From Cupriavidus necator (lineage in GTDB: Bacteria > Pseudomonadota > Gammaproteobacteria > Burkholderiales > Burkholderiaceae), in NCBI RefSeq assembly GCF_016127575.1, contig NZ_CP066019.1, positions 1,530,001 to 1,562,000 on the forward strand: a stretch of 32,000 nt of DNA. The letters are read 5' to 3'. The stretch's first letter is position 1; the number at the start of each line of letters is the position of its first letter. The translations under genes and the position numbers were made by a program. Positions 16,895 to 26,316 of this stretch are shown here, in pieces. The notes below the pieces were generated by a model. It did no database searches, was not told the origin of the DNA, and saw only the letters and a list, made by a program, of their open reading frames with translations.

Positions 16895-17896
16895 TTACTC
16901 GACCGCGATGCCTTTCTCGCGGATCACCTTGCCCCACTTGGAATAGTCCTGCTGGATGCGCTGGCCCATCTGCGCCGGCGCCTGGTAGTTGGCAATGGCG
17001 CCGGCCTTCAGCAACTTGTCCTGTACATCCTTGTCGGCCAGGATCTTGCCGACCTCGCCCGACACGCGGTCCACCACCTCCTTGGGCGTTCCCGGCGGCG
17101 CCAGCAGGCCGCCCCAGGAAACGGCGTCGTAGCCCTTGAAGCCTTGCTCGGCAATGGTCTTGACGTCCGGCAGCATGCTCACGCGCTGCGGCGAGCCGAC
17201 CGCGATGGCGCGCAGCTTGCCCGCCTGGATGTGCGGCAGCGCGGCGACGAGGTCGGCGTACATGATCGGGACCTGGCCACCGAGGGTGTCGCTGATGGCG
17301 GGCACGCCGCCCTTGTAGGGCACGTGCTGCATCTCGAAGCCGCCCATCTGCTTGAGCAGTTCCATGCTCAGGTGGCCGAAGCTGCCCGCGCCGGAGCTGG
17401 TGTAGTTGAGCTTGCCCGGCTGTGCCTTGGCCTGTGCGATCAGCTTGGGCAGGTCGGTCACGTTGGGCAGCAGCGTCGGGTTGACCACCACCACGATCGG
17501 CAGGTCATAGACCGTGGCCACGGGCGTGAAGTCCTTGGTCGTGTCGTAGCCCGCTTTCTTGTACAGGTGCGGCGCCAGCAGCGTGGGCGTGGCCAGCATC
17601 ATCAGCGTGTAGCCGTCAGGCGCGCTCTTGGCTACCTGCGCGGCAGCGATGGAACCCGATGCACCGGCGCGGTTCTCGACCACGACGGGCTGCTTCAGGC
17701 GCTCGGCCAGCTTCTGGCCGACGATGCGCGACGCCGTATCCGTGGGCCCGCCCGGCGGGAACGGCACGACAAGCTTGATCGGCTTGCTGGGCCAGGATTG
17801 CGCGAAAGCGCTGCCGGCGAGCAGCGGCACTGCGGCCAGGGCCAGAATGGCACGACGCCGGGAGTGGACCATACGGGTGAAATTTCGAGTGCGCAC
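16895..17896 (-). CDS. Bug/TctC-family periplasmic substrate-binding protein
   Basis: 333-aa ORF. A signal peptide (RRRAILALAAVPLLAGSAFAQ) is followed by SKPIKLVVPFPPGGPTD. The start is either GTG 17896 or ATG 17872, and neither has a strong SD. Confidence 0.9.
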   Translation of the reverse strand: MRTRNFTRMVHSRRRAILALAAVPLLAGSAFAQSWPSKPIKLVVPFPPGGPTDTASRIVGQKLAERLKQPVVVENRAGASGSIAAAQVAKSAPDGYTLMMLATPTLLAPHLYKKAGYDTTKDFTPVATVYDLPIVVVVNPTLLPNVTDLPKLIAQAKAQPGKLNYTSSGAGSFGHLSMELLKQMGGFEMQHVPYKGGVPAISDTLGGQVPIMYADLVAALPHIQAGKLRAIAVGSPQRVSMLPDVKTIAEQGFKGYDAVSWGGLLAPPGTPKEVVDRVSGEVGKILADKDVQDKLLKAGAIANYQAPAQMGQRIQQDYSKWGKVIREKGIAVE

Positions 17897-17956
17897 GATG
17901 TTGTTCCAGTTTGAATCAGTGCAAGGGAACCCAAGCCCCCCTTGCCGGGCAGGGCT

Positions 17957-17982
17957 GCGCGGACGCCCATGAGCGTCCGCGC
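17957..17982 (-). other. perfect 10-bp GC-rich stem-loop in the 97-nt gap between the CoA-transferase and Bug genes
   Basis: GCGCGGACGC (17957-17966), a 6-nt loop, GCGTCCGCGC (17973-17982). There is no U-tract on either strand. Confidence 0.3.
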
Positions 17983-17993
17983 GGCGCGAATAC

Positions 17994-19241
17994 TCAGGCT
18001 TGCTGCGGTGCCTCGGGCAGCGTCAGCACGCCGCGGGCCTGCAGGTCCTGCAACTGCTCATCGCTCATCTGCAGCAGGTTCTGCAGTACCGCCCGCGTGC
18101 CCTCGCCCAGCGTGGGCGGCGCGTTGCGGATCGGCAGGCGCTGGCCATCCAGACGATATGGGGGCGCGAACACGTGCGTGCTGCCTGCCACGGGATGGGG
18201 CATCTCGCGCAGCAGACCGCCCTCGCGGGTCCGTTCGCTGGTCAAAGCCTCGTGCAGTCCCGCCACCTTGCCGCAGGGAATGCCGCAGGCGGTCATGCGC
18301 TCGAGCAGCAGGTCGCGCGCAAAGCTGCGGATCAGGCCCGTGATCAGCGGGGTCAGCGTCTCGCGGTTTCTGGCGCGCTCCACATTGGTGGCATAGCGCG
18401 GGTCCTCGACGATGTCCGGACGCTCGATGACCTGGCGGCAGAACTTGTCGAACTGGCTGTTGTTGCCCACCGCGATGATCAGCGGGCCATCGGCGGACTC
18501 GAACATGCCATAGGGCACGATGGACGGATGGGCATTGCCATAGCGGGCGGGGTCGCGCCCGAGCAGCATGGCGTCCAGGCCGTAGTAGCCGGTGACCATC
18601 AGCCCGCAGTCGTACAGCGCCATCTCGATCAGCTGGCCCTTGCCCTTGCGCTCGCGGCGGAACAAGGCAGCCAGCACCGCCTGCGCGGCATACATGCCGG
18701 TCATCAGGTCCACCACGGCTACGCCGAACTTCAGCGGCGGCGTGTCGGCTTCGCCGTTGAGCGCCATGAGGCCGGCCTCACCCTGGATCACCAGGTCGTA
18801 GCCGGGACGCTTGGCCTCGGGGCCGCTGGTGTTGTAGCCGGAAACCGCGCAGTAGATCAGCTCGGGCTTGATCGCCTTGAGCTGTTCGTAGCCAAGGCCC
18901 AGCTTCTCGGCCCCGCCGGTCTTGAAATTGTGGATGACCACGTCGAACTGCGGCAGCAGGTCGTAGACAATCTGCACGCCTTCCTTGCTCTGCAGATCCA
19001 GCGTGATGGACCGCTTGTTGCGGTTCATGCTGTTGTAGTAGGTGGTCTCGGTCTTGCCGATGCGCATGCCCCAGTCGCGCGTGTCGTCGCCGCGGCCGGG
19101 GTGCTCCACCTTGACCACCTCTGCGCCGAAATCGGCCAGTACCTGGCCACACAGCGGCCCCGCAAACACGCGCGACAAGTCGAGTACGCGCACGCCCTCA
19201 AGCGGGAAATCGATGCCTTGGGATTGATCAGGCGTCTGCAT
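17994..19241 (-). CDS. CaiB/BaiF family (family III) CoA-transferase
   Basis: I take the start at ATG 19241, which has GGAGAC upstream. The N-terminal signature is LEGVRVLDLSRVFAGPLCGQVLADFGAEVVKVEHPGRGDDTRDWG. The protein is ~415 aa. Confidence 0.9.
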   Translation of the reverse strand: MQTPDQSQGIDFPLEGVRVLDLSRVFAGPLCGQVLADFGAEVVKVEHPGRGDDTRDWGMRIGKTETTYYNSMNRNKRSITLDLQSKEGVQIVYDLLPQFDVVIHNFKTGGAEKLGLGYEQLKAIKPELIYCAVSGYNTSGPEAKRPGYDLVIQGEAGLMALNGEADTPPLKFGVAVVDLMTGMYAAQAVLAALFRRERKGKGQLIEMALYDCGLMVTGYYGLDAMLLGRDPARYGNAHPSIVPYGMFESADGPLIIAVGNNSQFDKFCRQVIERPDIVEDPRYATNVERARNRETLTPLITGLIRSFARDLLLERMTACGIPCGKVAGLHEALTSERTREGGLLREMPHPVAGSTHVFAPPYRLDGQRLPIRNAPPTLGEGTRAVLQNLLQMSDEQLQDLQARGVLTLPEAPQQA

Positions 19242-19694
19242 TGTTGGTCTCCATGGGCTGTTTCGAGGCACGAGCCGTCTGTGAATAATCGTAGCTTATG
19301 TCGGGCTGGCGTCACGCGATGCCGGCAGGGCTGCCACATAGCGCAGCACGCAGGATGGCGCGTGCCGGAATCCCGAACGTCGGTACCGGCGATGAAGACT
19401 CAGCGCATCGCCGACGACGGTGCGACAGAAGGAAGCAGAAGCTCTTCCTCGGGCGTGAAAGGTCCCCATCGCGGTCAGCCTAGCATTCTTGCTTGGATAA
19501 ATGCGCTATACAATCCCTCTTCACATTGACAAAATGTTCAATAAAATTTGACAGTTGATCCTGGGGCCGGGCGAAGCGCGGTGCGCGCCCAGGCATTTGA
19601 CCCATAACATCGATATTAGACGCGCGCGTTACCTTGCCCTCTTCCGGGATCCGGGCGCCTCGTCACACACCGACAATCATTCGAGGAGATTCCG

Positions 19695-20654
19695 TTGAAG
19701 CCGTCGAGCAAACACATTGTTGCGCTGCTGCTGGCCGTCGCCAGCACCGCCCACGCCGCCTATCCGGACCGCCCTATCAAGCTGATCGTGCCGTTCCCGC
19801 CCGGACAGGCCACTGACATCTTCGCGCGCGCCCTGGCCGAGAGGCTGGGCAAGCAGCTAGGCCAGTCAATCGTGGTGGAAAACCGCGCCGGCGCCGGCGG
19901 CAACATCGGCATGGAAGTGGCCGCGAAAGCCCCGGCAGACGGCTACACGCTCGTCATGGGCGGCAGCGCGATGGCTATCAACCAGACGCTGTACAAGAAG
20001 ACCAATTACGATCCGCGTCAGGACTTCGCGCCGATCTCGGGTGTGTTCTCGGTGCCGCTGGTGTTCCTGGCTACGCCACAATCGGGCTTCACGTCATTGC
20101 GCGACCTGATCGCCAAGGCCAAGGCCGCACCGGGCAAGTACAGCTATGCCAGCGCTGGCATCGGCGGCACGCAGCACCTGTCTGCCGAGATGCTCAAAGC
20201 GCAGACCGGCGTGTTTATCGTGCATATTCCCTACAAGGGCAGCGGCCCCGCGCAGGCGGATTTCCTGGGCAACCAGATTCCGCTGATGGTCGATTCCGTG
20301 ACCGCCGCCCTGCCGCTGATCCAGACCAGCAAGGCCGTGCCGCTTGCTGTAACAACGTCAAAGCGCGTGCCGCAGTTGCGGTCGGTGCCAACCGTGCGTG
20401 AGGAAGGCGTACCGGGTTTCGAAGCGCTTGGATGGGCGGTGATGATGGCGCCCGCGGGCACGCCGCCGGCAATCGTCAATCAGCTCAATGCGGAGACGGT
20501 GAAGGCACTGCAATCGCCCGAACTGCACAAGTTCATTACGGATCGCGGGTCGGAGCCGATGCCGATGACTCCGGTTGAGACGGGGAAGTTTGTGGATAGC
20601 GAGATTCGGAAGTGGGCGACAGTCGTGAAGCGGTCGGGCGCAACGGCGGATTGA
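19695..20654 (+). CDS. Bug/TctC-family periplasmic substrate-binding protein
   Basis: TTG start at 19695 with GAGGAG 6 nt upstream. A signal peptide ([13 protein letters not shown]) is followed by [17 protein letters not shown]. Confidence 0.9.
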   Translation: MKPSSKHIVALLLAVASTAHAAYPDRPIKLIVPFPPGQATDIFARALAERLGKQLGQSIVVENRAGAGGNIGMEVAAKAPADGYTLVMGGSAMAINQTLYKKTNYDPRQDFAPISGVFSVPLVFLATPQSGFTSLRDLIAKAKAAPGKYSYASAGIGGTQHLSAEMLKAQTGVFIVHIPYKGSGPAQADFLGNQIPLMVDSVTAALPLIQTSKAVPLAVTTSKRVPQLRSVPTVREEGVPGFEALGWAVMMAPAGTPPAIVNQLNAETVKALQSPELHKFITDRGSEPMPMTPVETGKFVDSEIRKWATVVKRSGATAD

Positions 20655-20723
20655 GGGGGCGAAGTGGTCGCCCATGCGCCATTCCTGGCGTCGCAGCCGG
20701 ATGCCAGCCCAGCCGGTCGCCGC

Positions 20724-21050
20724 TTACAGCGGCCCGGGCAGCGTCTTCAGGCCGACCCAGAGCACCACGATGACAACATTGACCGGCACGCAGAGCGCTC
20801 CGGGCACGTAGAAGAGTGCTGACAGCGCAGGCGCGGACAGCACCAACTCCACCACGCTACCCAGCCCATAGCAGCAGACACCGCACCAGAGCCAGCGCCG
20901 CATGTAGGTTAGCAGCCAATGCGCGCGCGCCTTGTTGAAATGCCAGGCGAGGGCTCGTTCAGCGCGGTTGCCCTTGCTGGCGTCCCGGTACAGCCAGCCG
21001 AAGAAGAAGTAGCGGTACAGCAGGGCGCGAAATGTCAGCTCTTGCGTCAT
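20724..21050 (-). CDS. hypothetical small membrane protein (two predicted hydrophobic helices)
   Basis: 108-109 codons (GTG 21053 or ATG 21050). GC3 is high and consistent with coding. The hydrophobic stretches are WLWCGVCCYGLGSVVELVL and FYVPGALCVPVNVVIVVLWVGL. I recognise no family. Confidence 0.5.
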   Translation of the reverse strand: MTQELTFRALLYRYFFFGWLYRDASKGNRAERALAWHFNKARAHWLLTYMRRWLWCGVCCYGLGSVVELVLSAPALSALFYVPGALCVPVNVVIVVLWVGLKTLPGPL

Positions 21051-21440
21051 CACTCATCTGGCCTCTGCCAGCCCATGGAGTGCAAAGATCTTCAAGCCCT
21101 CGCCGCATGCAGGAATGCCAGCGGCACAGGCCAATTGCCGTTCTGTTCAATATCATTGGTAGAAACGGCCAGCATGGAAGTCAAGCGTGACGCTTCCTTG
21201 GGGCATGAGCCGCCCGCGCCGAACCGGACTTTCCCCTATTTGGAGTAATCGGCCGGTCGTGCTACGCTCCTCAGCGAGCGATACCCGTCCCGACGTCGTG
21301 CCCCGGTGGGGCCGCGCATCTGCAGGGCAATCCGCAGGGCGTTTCGGGCTCATTCTCATCGCTTATCCAAATTAGTCTGCATTCGAACCTGAGCGGCATT
21401 TCTCCGCTCGTGGAGCCGTGCGCGCGGAAAACCGGCACGG

Positions 21441-21475
21441 ATGACGTCGCGTCGTGACCGGCGCCGCGACGTCAT
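21441..21475 (+). promoter_or_regulatory. perfect 11-bp inverted repeat ATGACGTCGCG-N13-CGCGACGTCAT in the region upstream of fdoG (hairpin or protein-binding site)
   Basis: Read directly. It is followed by TTGTGGTTGG, which is only moderately U-rich. It is preceded by two shorter hairpins at 21391-21409 and 21416-21440. Confidence 0.35.
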
Positions 21476-21660
21476 TTGTGGTTGGTCATCCTCTTGCGCA
21501 TGCACCTCAGGGACGTGCCGGACGGGGCATCTCCGTGATCGATCGCGATCCGGACGCCCCGAGGATACGTGCGCCCAAATGAAGCTGCGGGTCTCGAATG
21601 CGATCGCCCCCACCCCTGGCAGCAGGGATGGGCGGAAGAAGAAATGACGATGAGACCACG

Positions 21661-24600
21661 ATGACCTACACCACCAATATCGGACGTCGGCAGTTCCTCA
21701 AGATCCTTGGCTTTGGATCTGTTGCCGTCTCGGCCTCGGCGCTGGGCCTGGGTACTGCCTGGGCGCAGGCGCCTGCCGGCGTGCGCCCCTACAAGCTGCT
21801 GCGTGCGAAAGAGACGCGCAACAACTGCACCTATTGCTCGGTCGGGTGCGGCCTGCTGATGTATTCGCTGGGTGACGGCGCCAGGAACGCGAAGCCCCGC
21901 ATCTTCCACATCGAGGGGGATCCCGATCACCCGGTCAGCCGTGGTTCGCTCTGTCCCAAGGGCGCCGGGCTGCTGGACATCGTCCATTCGAAGAACCGGT
22001 TGCAGTATCCGGAATATCGCGCGCCGGGATCAAAGGAGTGGGTGCGCATCAGTTGGGACGATGCGACCAGGCGCATCGCCCGCCTGCTGAAGGACGACCG
22101 CGACAAGAACTTCATCGCGCGCAACGACAAGGGCCAGCTGGTCAACCGCTGGCTCAGTTCGGGCATGCTCGCCTCGTCGGCGGCATCTAACGAAACCGGG
22201 GTTCTCGACTTCAAGTTTGCCCGATCGCTGGGCATGCTGGCGCTGGACTGCCAGGCGCGCCTGTGCCACGGGCCAACGGTTTCGGCGCTGGGGCCGTCCT
22301 TCGGGCGCGGCGCGATGACGAATCACTGGGTGGACATCAAGAACGCCAATGTCGTCATCGTCATGGGCGGCAACCCGGCCGAGGCCCATCCGGTCGGCTT
22401 CAAGTGGGTGATCGAGGCCAAGATCAGGAACAAGGCCAAGGTCATCGTCATTGATCCGCGCTTCAACCGCACCGCCTCGGTTGCCGATATCTTCTCGCCG
22501 ATCCGGGCGGGGTCGGACACGGCATTCCTGATGGGCATGGTCAACTGGCTGCTGCAGCACGACAAGATCCAGCACGACTATGTACGCGCGTACACCAACG
22601 CGTCGCTGATCGTACGCGAGGATTTCGGCTTCGACGAAGGGTTGTTCTCGGGCTTCGATCCGCAGAAGCTCGTCTACGACAAATCCTCCTGGAACTATGA
22701 GCTGGACGCGGCGGGGAACGCGAAACGCGATCCCTCGATGCGCCATCCGCGCTGCGTGCTGAGCCTGCTGAAGCAGCACGTGTCACGCTACACGCCCGAG
22801 AAGGTCGAGGAGATCACCGGCGTCCGCAAGGCCGACTTCCTGCAGATCGCCGAGATCGTCGGCTCGTGCTCGGCGAAGGACAAGACCCTGACCTGGCTTT
22901 ACGCACTCGGCTGGACGCACCACACCGGTGGCGCGCAGATCATCCGCGGCGCCGCGATGATCCAGCTGCTGCTGGGCAATGTCGGTATGTCCGGCGGCGG
23001 CGTCAATGCGCTGCGCGGGCATTCCAACATCCAGGGCTATACCGACCTTGGCCTGCTGTCGGTGCGGCTGCCGGGCTACATGGACCTGCCCGCCGACAGG
23101 CAGCAGACCCTGAAGCAATACCTGGCCGATGCCACGCCCAAGGCCGTGCTGCCCGATCAGGTGAACTACTGGAAGAACCTGCCCAAGTTCTTCGTCTCAC
23201 TGCAGAAGAACCTGTTCGGCAAGCATGCCACTGCGGAAAACAACTGGGCCTTCGACCTGCTGCCGAAATGGGACCGCAGCTACGACATGCTGGCCTATTT
23301 CGACCTGATGTACGAGGGCAAGGTCAACGGCTATGTCGTCCAGGGGTTCAACCCGCTGGCGGCGATGCCTGACAAGAACAAGACCTCGGCCGCGCTGTCG
23401 AAACTGAAGTTCCTCGTGGTCATCGACCCGCTGGTGACCGAGACCTCCAACTTCTGGCGCAACGAAGGCAAGTTCAACGACGTCAAGACCGAAGAGATCA
23501 TGACCGAGGTCTTCCGGCTGCCGTCGAGCTGCTTTGCCGAGGAAGACGGGACGGTCGTGAACTCCGGCCGCTGGCTGCAATGGCACTACGCGGGCCAGCA
23601 GCCGCCGGGCGAGGCGCGTCATGACCCGGCCATCCTCGGCGGCATCATGATGGAGCTGCGGCGGCTCTACGAGAAGGAAGGCGGCGCCTGCCCGGAACAG
23701 GTGCTGCACATGACCTGGGACGAGGCGACCTATCACGATCCGCACAGCCCGCATCCCGAGGAAATGGCCAAGGAAGCCAACGGCTACGCGCTGGCAGACG
23801 TGTTCGACGAGACCGGCAAGAAGATCCTGCGCAAGGGCCAGTTGCTGGATTCTTTCGCCCAACTGCGCGACGACGGCACCACCTCAAGCTACTGCTGGAT
23901 CTTCGCCGGTTCCTGGACCGAGGCGGGCAACCAGATGGCCAGGCGCGACAACACCGACACCGGCCTGGGCAACACGCCGGGCTGGGCCTGGTCGTGGCCC
24001 GCGAACCGCCGCATCCTCTACAACCGCGCCTCGATGGACGAGATGGGGAACCCCTGGGACCCCAAGCGCCGGATCCTGCATTGGAACGGCGAGAAATGGG
24101 TGGGCGCTGACGTGCCCGACTTTCCGCTCACTGCGGCGCCCGGCACGCCCGTCGGCCCCTTCATCATGCTGCCCGAAGGCGTCGGGCGCCTGTTCTCCGT
24201 CGGCGGCATGACCGACGGCCCCTTCCCCGAGCATTACGAGCCGGTTGAAAGCCCGATCGCCAAGAACCCCCTGCACGACAAGGTCACGCACAACCCGACC
24301 GCCCGCATCTTCCAGAACGATGCGCAGCGGATGGGCAACCGCACCGAGTTCCCCTATGTCGCCACGACCTATTCCATCACGGAACTGTTCCGCCACTGGA
24401 CCAAGCACTCGCACCTGAACGCCATGCTCCAGCCCGAGCAATTCGTCGAGATCGGCGAAAAGCTGGCCGCGGACAAGGGCATCGCGCATGGCGACACAGT
24501 GAAGATCACGACCAAGCGCGGCCATATCACTGCCAAGGCCGTGGTGACCAAGCGCATGCGCACGCTCCGGGTGGCCGGGCAGGCGGTCGATCAGATCGGC

Positions 24601-24750
24601 ATCCCCTGCCATTGGGGCTTCGAGGGGGCGACCCGCAAGGGCTATCTCGCCAACACGCTTGCGCCCGGTGTCGGCGACGCCAATTCGCAAACGCCGGAAT
24701 TCAAGGCATTCCTTGTAAACATTGAAAAAGTGGCGGGAGCGCAAGCATGA
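21661..24750 (+). CDS. fdoG: formate dehydrogenase (FDH-N/O type) major subunit, molybdopterin-containing, Tat-exported, cysteine variant
   Basis: I take the start at ATG 21661, giving the twin-arginine signal [19 protein letters not shown] ... GTAWAQA. A 4Fe-4S motif [10 protein letters not shown] is present. The segment [26 protein letters not shown] aligns with the E. coli FdnG/FdoG segment around Sec196 as I recall it, here with a TGC Cys codon at 22264-22266. The symbol is chosen because fdhE follows directly, as in the E. coli fdoGHI-fdhE arrangement. An fdnG-type role cannot be excluded. Confidence 0.95.
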   Translation: MTYTTNIGRRQFLKILGFGSVAVSASALGLGTAWAQAPAGVRPYKLLRAKETRNNCTYCSVGCGLLMYSLGDGARNAKPRIFHIEGDPDHPVSRGSLCPKGAGLLDIVHSKNRLQYPEYRAPGSKEWVRISWDDATRRIARLLKDDRDKNFIARNDKGQLVNRWLSSGMLASSAASNETGVLDFKFARSLGMLALDCQARLCHGPTVSALGPSFGRGAMTNHWVDIKNANVVIVMGGNPAEAHPVGFKWVIEAKIRNKAKVIVIDPRFNRTASVADIFSPIRAGSDTAFLMGMVNWLLQHDKIQHDYVRAYTNASLIVREDFGFDEGLFSGFDPQKLVYDKSSWNYELDAAGNAKRDPSMRHPRCVLSLLKQHVSRYTPEKVEEITGVRKADFLQIAEIVGSCSAKDKTLTWLYALGWTHHTGGAQIIRGAAMIQLLLGNVGMSGGGVNALRGHSNIQGYTDLGLLSVRLPGYMDLPADRQQTLKQYLADATPKAVLPDQVNYWKNLPKFFVSLQKNLFGKHATAENNWAFDLLPKWDRSYDMLAYFDLMYEGKVNGYVVQGFNPLAAMPDKNKTSAALSKLKFLVVIDPLVTETSNFWRNEGKFNDVKTEEIMTEVFRLPSSCFAEEDGTVVNSGRWLQWHYAGQQPPGEARHDPAILGGIMMELRRLYEKEGGACPEQVLHMTWDEATYHDPHSPHPEEMAKEANGYALADVFDETGKKILRKGQLLDSFAQLRDDGTTSSYCWIFAGSWTEAGNQMARRDNTDTGLGNTPGWAWSWPANRRILYNRASMDEMGNPWDPKRRILHWNGEKWVGADVPDFPLTAAPGTPVGPFIMLPEGVGRLFSVGGMTDGPFPEHYEPVESPIAKNPLHDKVTHNPTARIFQNDAQRMGNRTEFPYVATTYSITELFRHWTKHSHLNAMLQPEQFVEIGEKLAADKGIAHGDTVKITTKRGHITAKAVVTKRMRTLRVAGQAVDQIGIPCHWGFEGATRKGYLANTLAPGVGDANSQTPEFKAFLVNIEKVAGAQA

Positions 24751-25637
24751 ACTCGCAGAACATCATCCGTAGCTCGGCCTCGTCGGAGCTGACACCAGCC
24801 CCTCGTATCCGCGACCATCAGATGGAAGTGGCCAAGCTGATCGACGTGTCGATCTGCATCGGCTGCAAGGCGTGCCAGGTCGCCTGCAACGAATGGAACG
24901 ACCTGCGCGGCGACGTGCAGGAGAATGTCGGCGTCTACGACAATCCGCGCGACCTGTCGCCCAACACCTGGACCCTGATGCGCTTCACCGAGCATGAGGA
25001 CCAGGCGGGCAAGCTGGAATGGCTGATCCGCAAGGATGGCTGCATGCATTGCGAGGATCCCGGCTGCCTGAAAGCCTGCCCGGCGCCGGGCGCCATCGTC
25101 CAGTACGCCAACGGCATCGTCGACTTCCAGTCCGACCTGTGCATCGGCTGCGGCTATTGCGTCGCGGGCTGCCCCTTCGACGTGCCGCGTATTTCCAAGC
25201 TGGACAACAAGGCCTACAAGTGCACGCTGTGCTCGGACCGCGTCTCGGTCGGGCAGGAGCCTGCCTGCGTCAAGACCTGCCCGACCGGCGCCATCGCCTT
25301 TGGCTCGAAGGCAGAGATGCAATCCCTTGCCGGCGAGCGCGTGGCCGAGTTGAATGAGCGCGGCTATGCCAGGGCCGGCCTGTATGACCCGGCGGGGGTC
25401 GGCGGCACCCACGTGATGTATGTGCTGCAACATGCCGACGACCCGAAGCGTTACGCGGGCTTGCCGAAGGACCCGGAGATCAGCTCGGTGGTCTCCGGCT
25501 GGAAGGATGGCCTGAAACCCGTAGCCGGCTTCGTCGGCGCGGCGGCGGTCGTGGGCATGGCGGCGCATTTCATGGCGGTCGGCCCCAACATCACCGAATC
25601 AGACGAACACGACGCCCCGACTGACGGCGCAGCATAA
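24747..25637 (+). CDS. fdoH: formate dehydrogenase iron-sulfur (beta) subunit
   Basis: ATGA start/stop overlap with fdoG. There are four ferredoxin-type cysteine clusters ([43 protein letters not shown] ... CVKTCP) and a C-terminal hydrophobic anchor ([16 protein letters not shown]). Confidence 0.95.
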   Translation: MNSQNIIRSSASSELTPAPRIRDHQMEVAKLIDVSICIGCKACQVACNEWNDLRGDVQENVGVYDNPRDLSPNTWTLMRFTEHEDQAGKLEWLIRKDGCMHCEDPGCLKACPAPGAIVQYANGIVDFQSDLCIGCGYCVAGCPFDVPRISKLDNKAYKCTLCSDRVSVGQEPACVKTCPTGAIAFGSKAEMQSLAGERVAELNERGYARAGLYDPAGVGGTHVMYVLQHADDPKRYAGLPKDPEISSVVSGWKDGLKPVAGFVGAAAVVGMAAHFMAVGPNITESDEHDAPTDGAA

Positions 25638-25650
25638 GCGGAGACCGGAA

Positions 25651-26316
25651 ATGGCGACCAACAACGACAGGATCCTGCGCACGAAATTCGCCGAGCGGCT
25701 GTGTCACTGGGCGATCGTGCTCTGCTTCTTCCTTGCGGCGGTTTCGGGAATCTCGTGGTTCTTCCCGACGGTGAGCTGGCTGAGCGGCTTCCTTGGCACG
25801 CCGCAGATGGCACGGCTGCTCCACCCGTTCCTGGGCATCGCGGTGTTCGCGGGGCTGTGCTACATGTTCTGGCGCTTTGTCGGCCACAACATGCCCGCGC
25901 GCACCGACGCGATCTGGTTCCGCCGCGCCAGGGAAGTGCTGCTGAACCAGCATGGTGGCGAACCGCTGCAGATCGGCAAGTACAACGCCGGCCAGAAGGT
26001 GCTGTTCTGGCTCATTATGGCTTCGATCCTGGCCCTGCTGGTCTCAGGCCTGATCATGTGGCGCGCCTATTTCGCCGAGTATTTCCCGATTCCCGTGCTC
26101 CGCCTGGCGATCCTGGCCCATTCCGTCGCGGGGATCGGCCTGATCCTGCTGATCGTGGGCCACATCTATCTGGCGATCTGGGTCCGCGGCTCGATCACCG
26201 GCATGGTGACGGGCTACGTCTCGCGCGCCTGGGCCAGGCAGCACCATGACCGCTGGTATGGCGAGTTGCAGGCAAAGGAGTCGAAAGCGGCGCAAGCGAA
26301 GGGGAACGAGGCATGA
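25651..26316 (+). CDS. fdoI: formate dehydrogenase cytochrome b556 (gamma) subunit
   Basis: 221-aa polytopic membrane protein with conserved histidines (HWAIV, LLHPFLG, AHSVAG, GHIYLA). GGAGA lies upstream of the ATG, and the position follows fdoH. Confidence 0.9.

Noticed and set aside
19392-19532. Small plus-strand ORF (MKTQRIADDGATEGS ...) in the 423-nt intergenic region, together with other 60-70-aa ORFs in the intergenic regions at 19298-19483, 21153-21359 and 21187-21375.
   Set aside because: There is no SD sequence, the amino-acid composition is atypical, and the ORFs overlap one another in different frames. None is supported as coding.
19526-19560. FNR/CRP-type site in the AT-rich island (TTGAC ... 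GTTCAA, TTGATC).
   Set aside because: The half-site spacing is TTGA-N8-TCAA, which does not fit the FNR (TTGAT-N4-ATCAA) or CRP (TGTGA-N6-TCACA) consensus.
20657-20673. Short hairpin GGGCGA-N5-TCGCCC after the fourth Bug gene, and CGGCA-N6-TGCCG (15696-15711) between the convergent LysR and hydrolase genes.
   Set aside because: The stems are 5-6 bp without U-tracts, which is indistinguishable from chance in GC-rich DNA.
21054-21660. Moco riboswitch, tRNA-Sec (selC) or SECIS-related element upstream of or within fdoG. A TTCGAA string at 21382-21387 briefly resembled a tRNA T-loop.
   Set aside because: I could not recognise the conserved Moco motif segments from memory. The flanks of the TTCGAA string do not pair into a T-arm or a cloverleaf. 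The gene uses Cys, so no SECIS is needed. Only a covariance-model scan could settle the riboswitch question.
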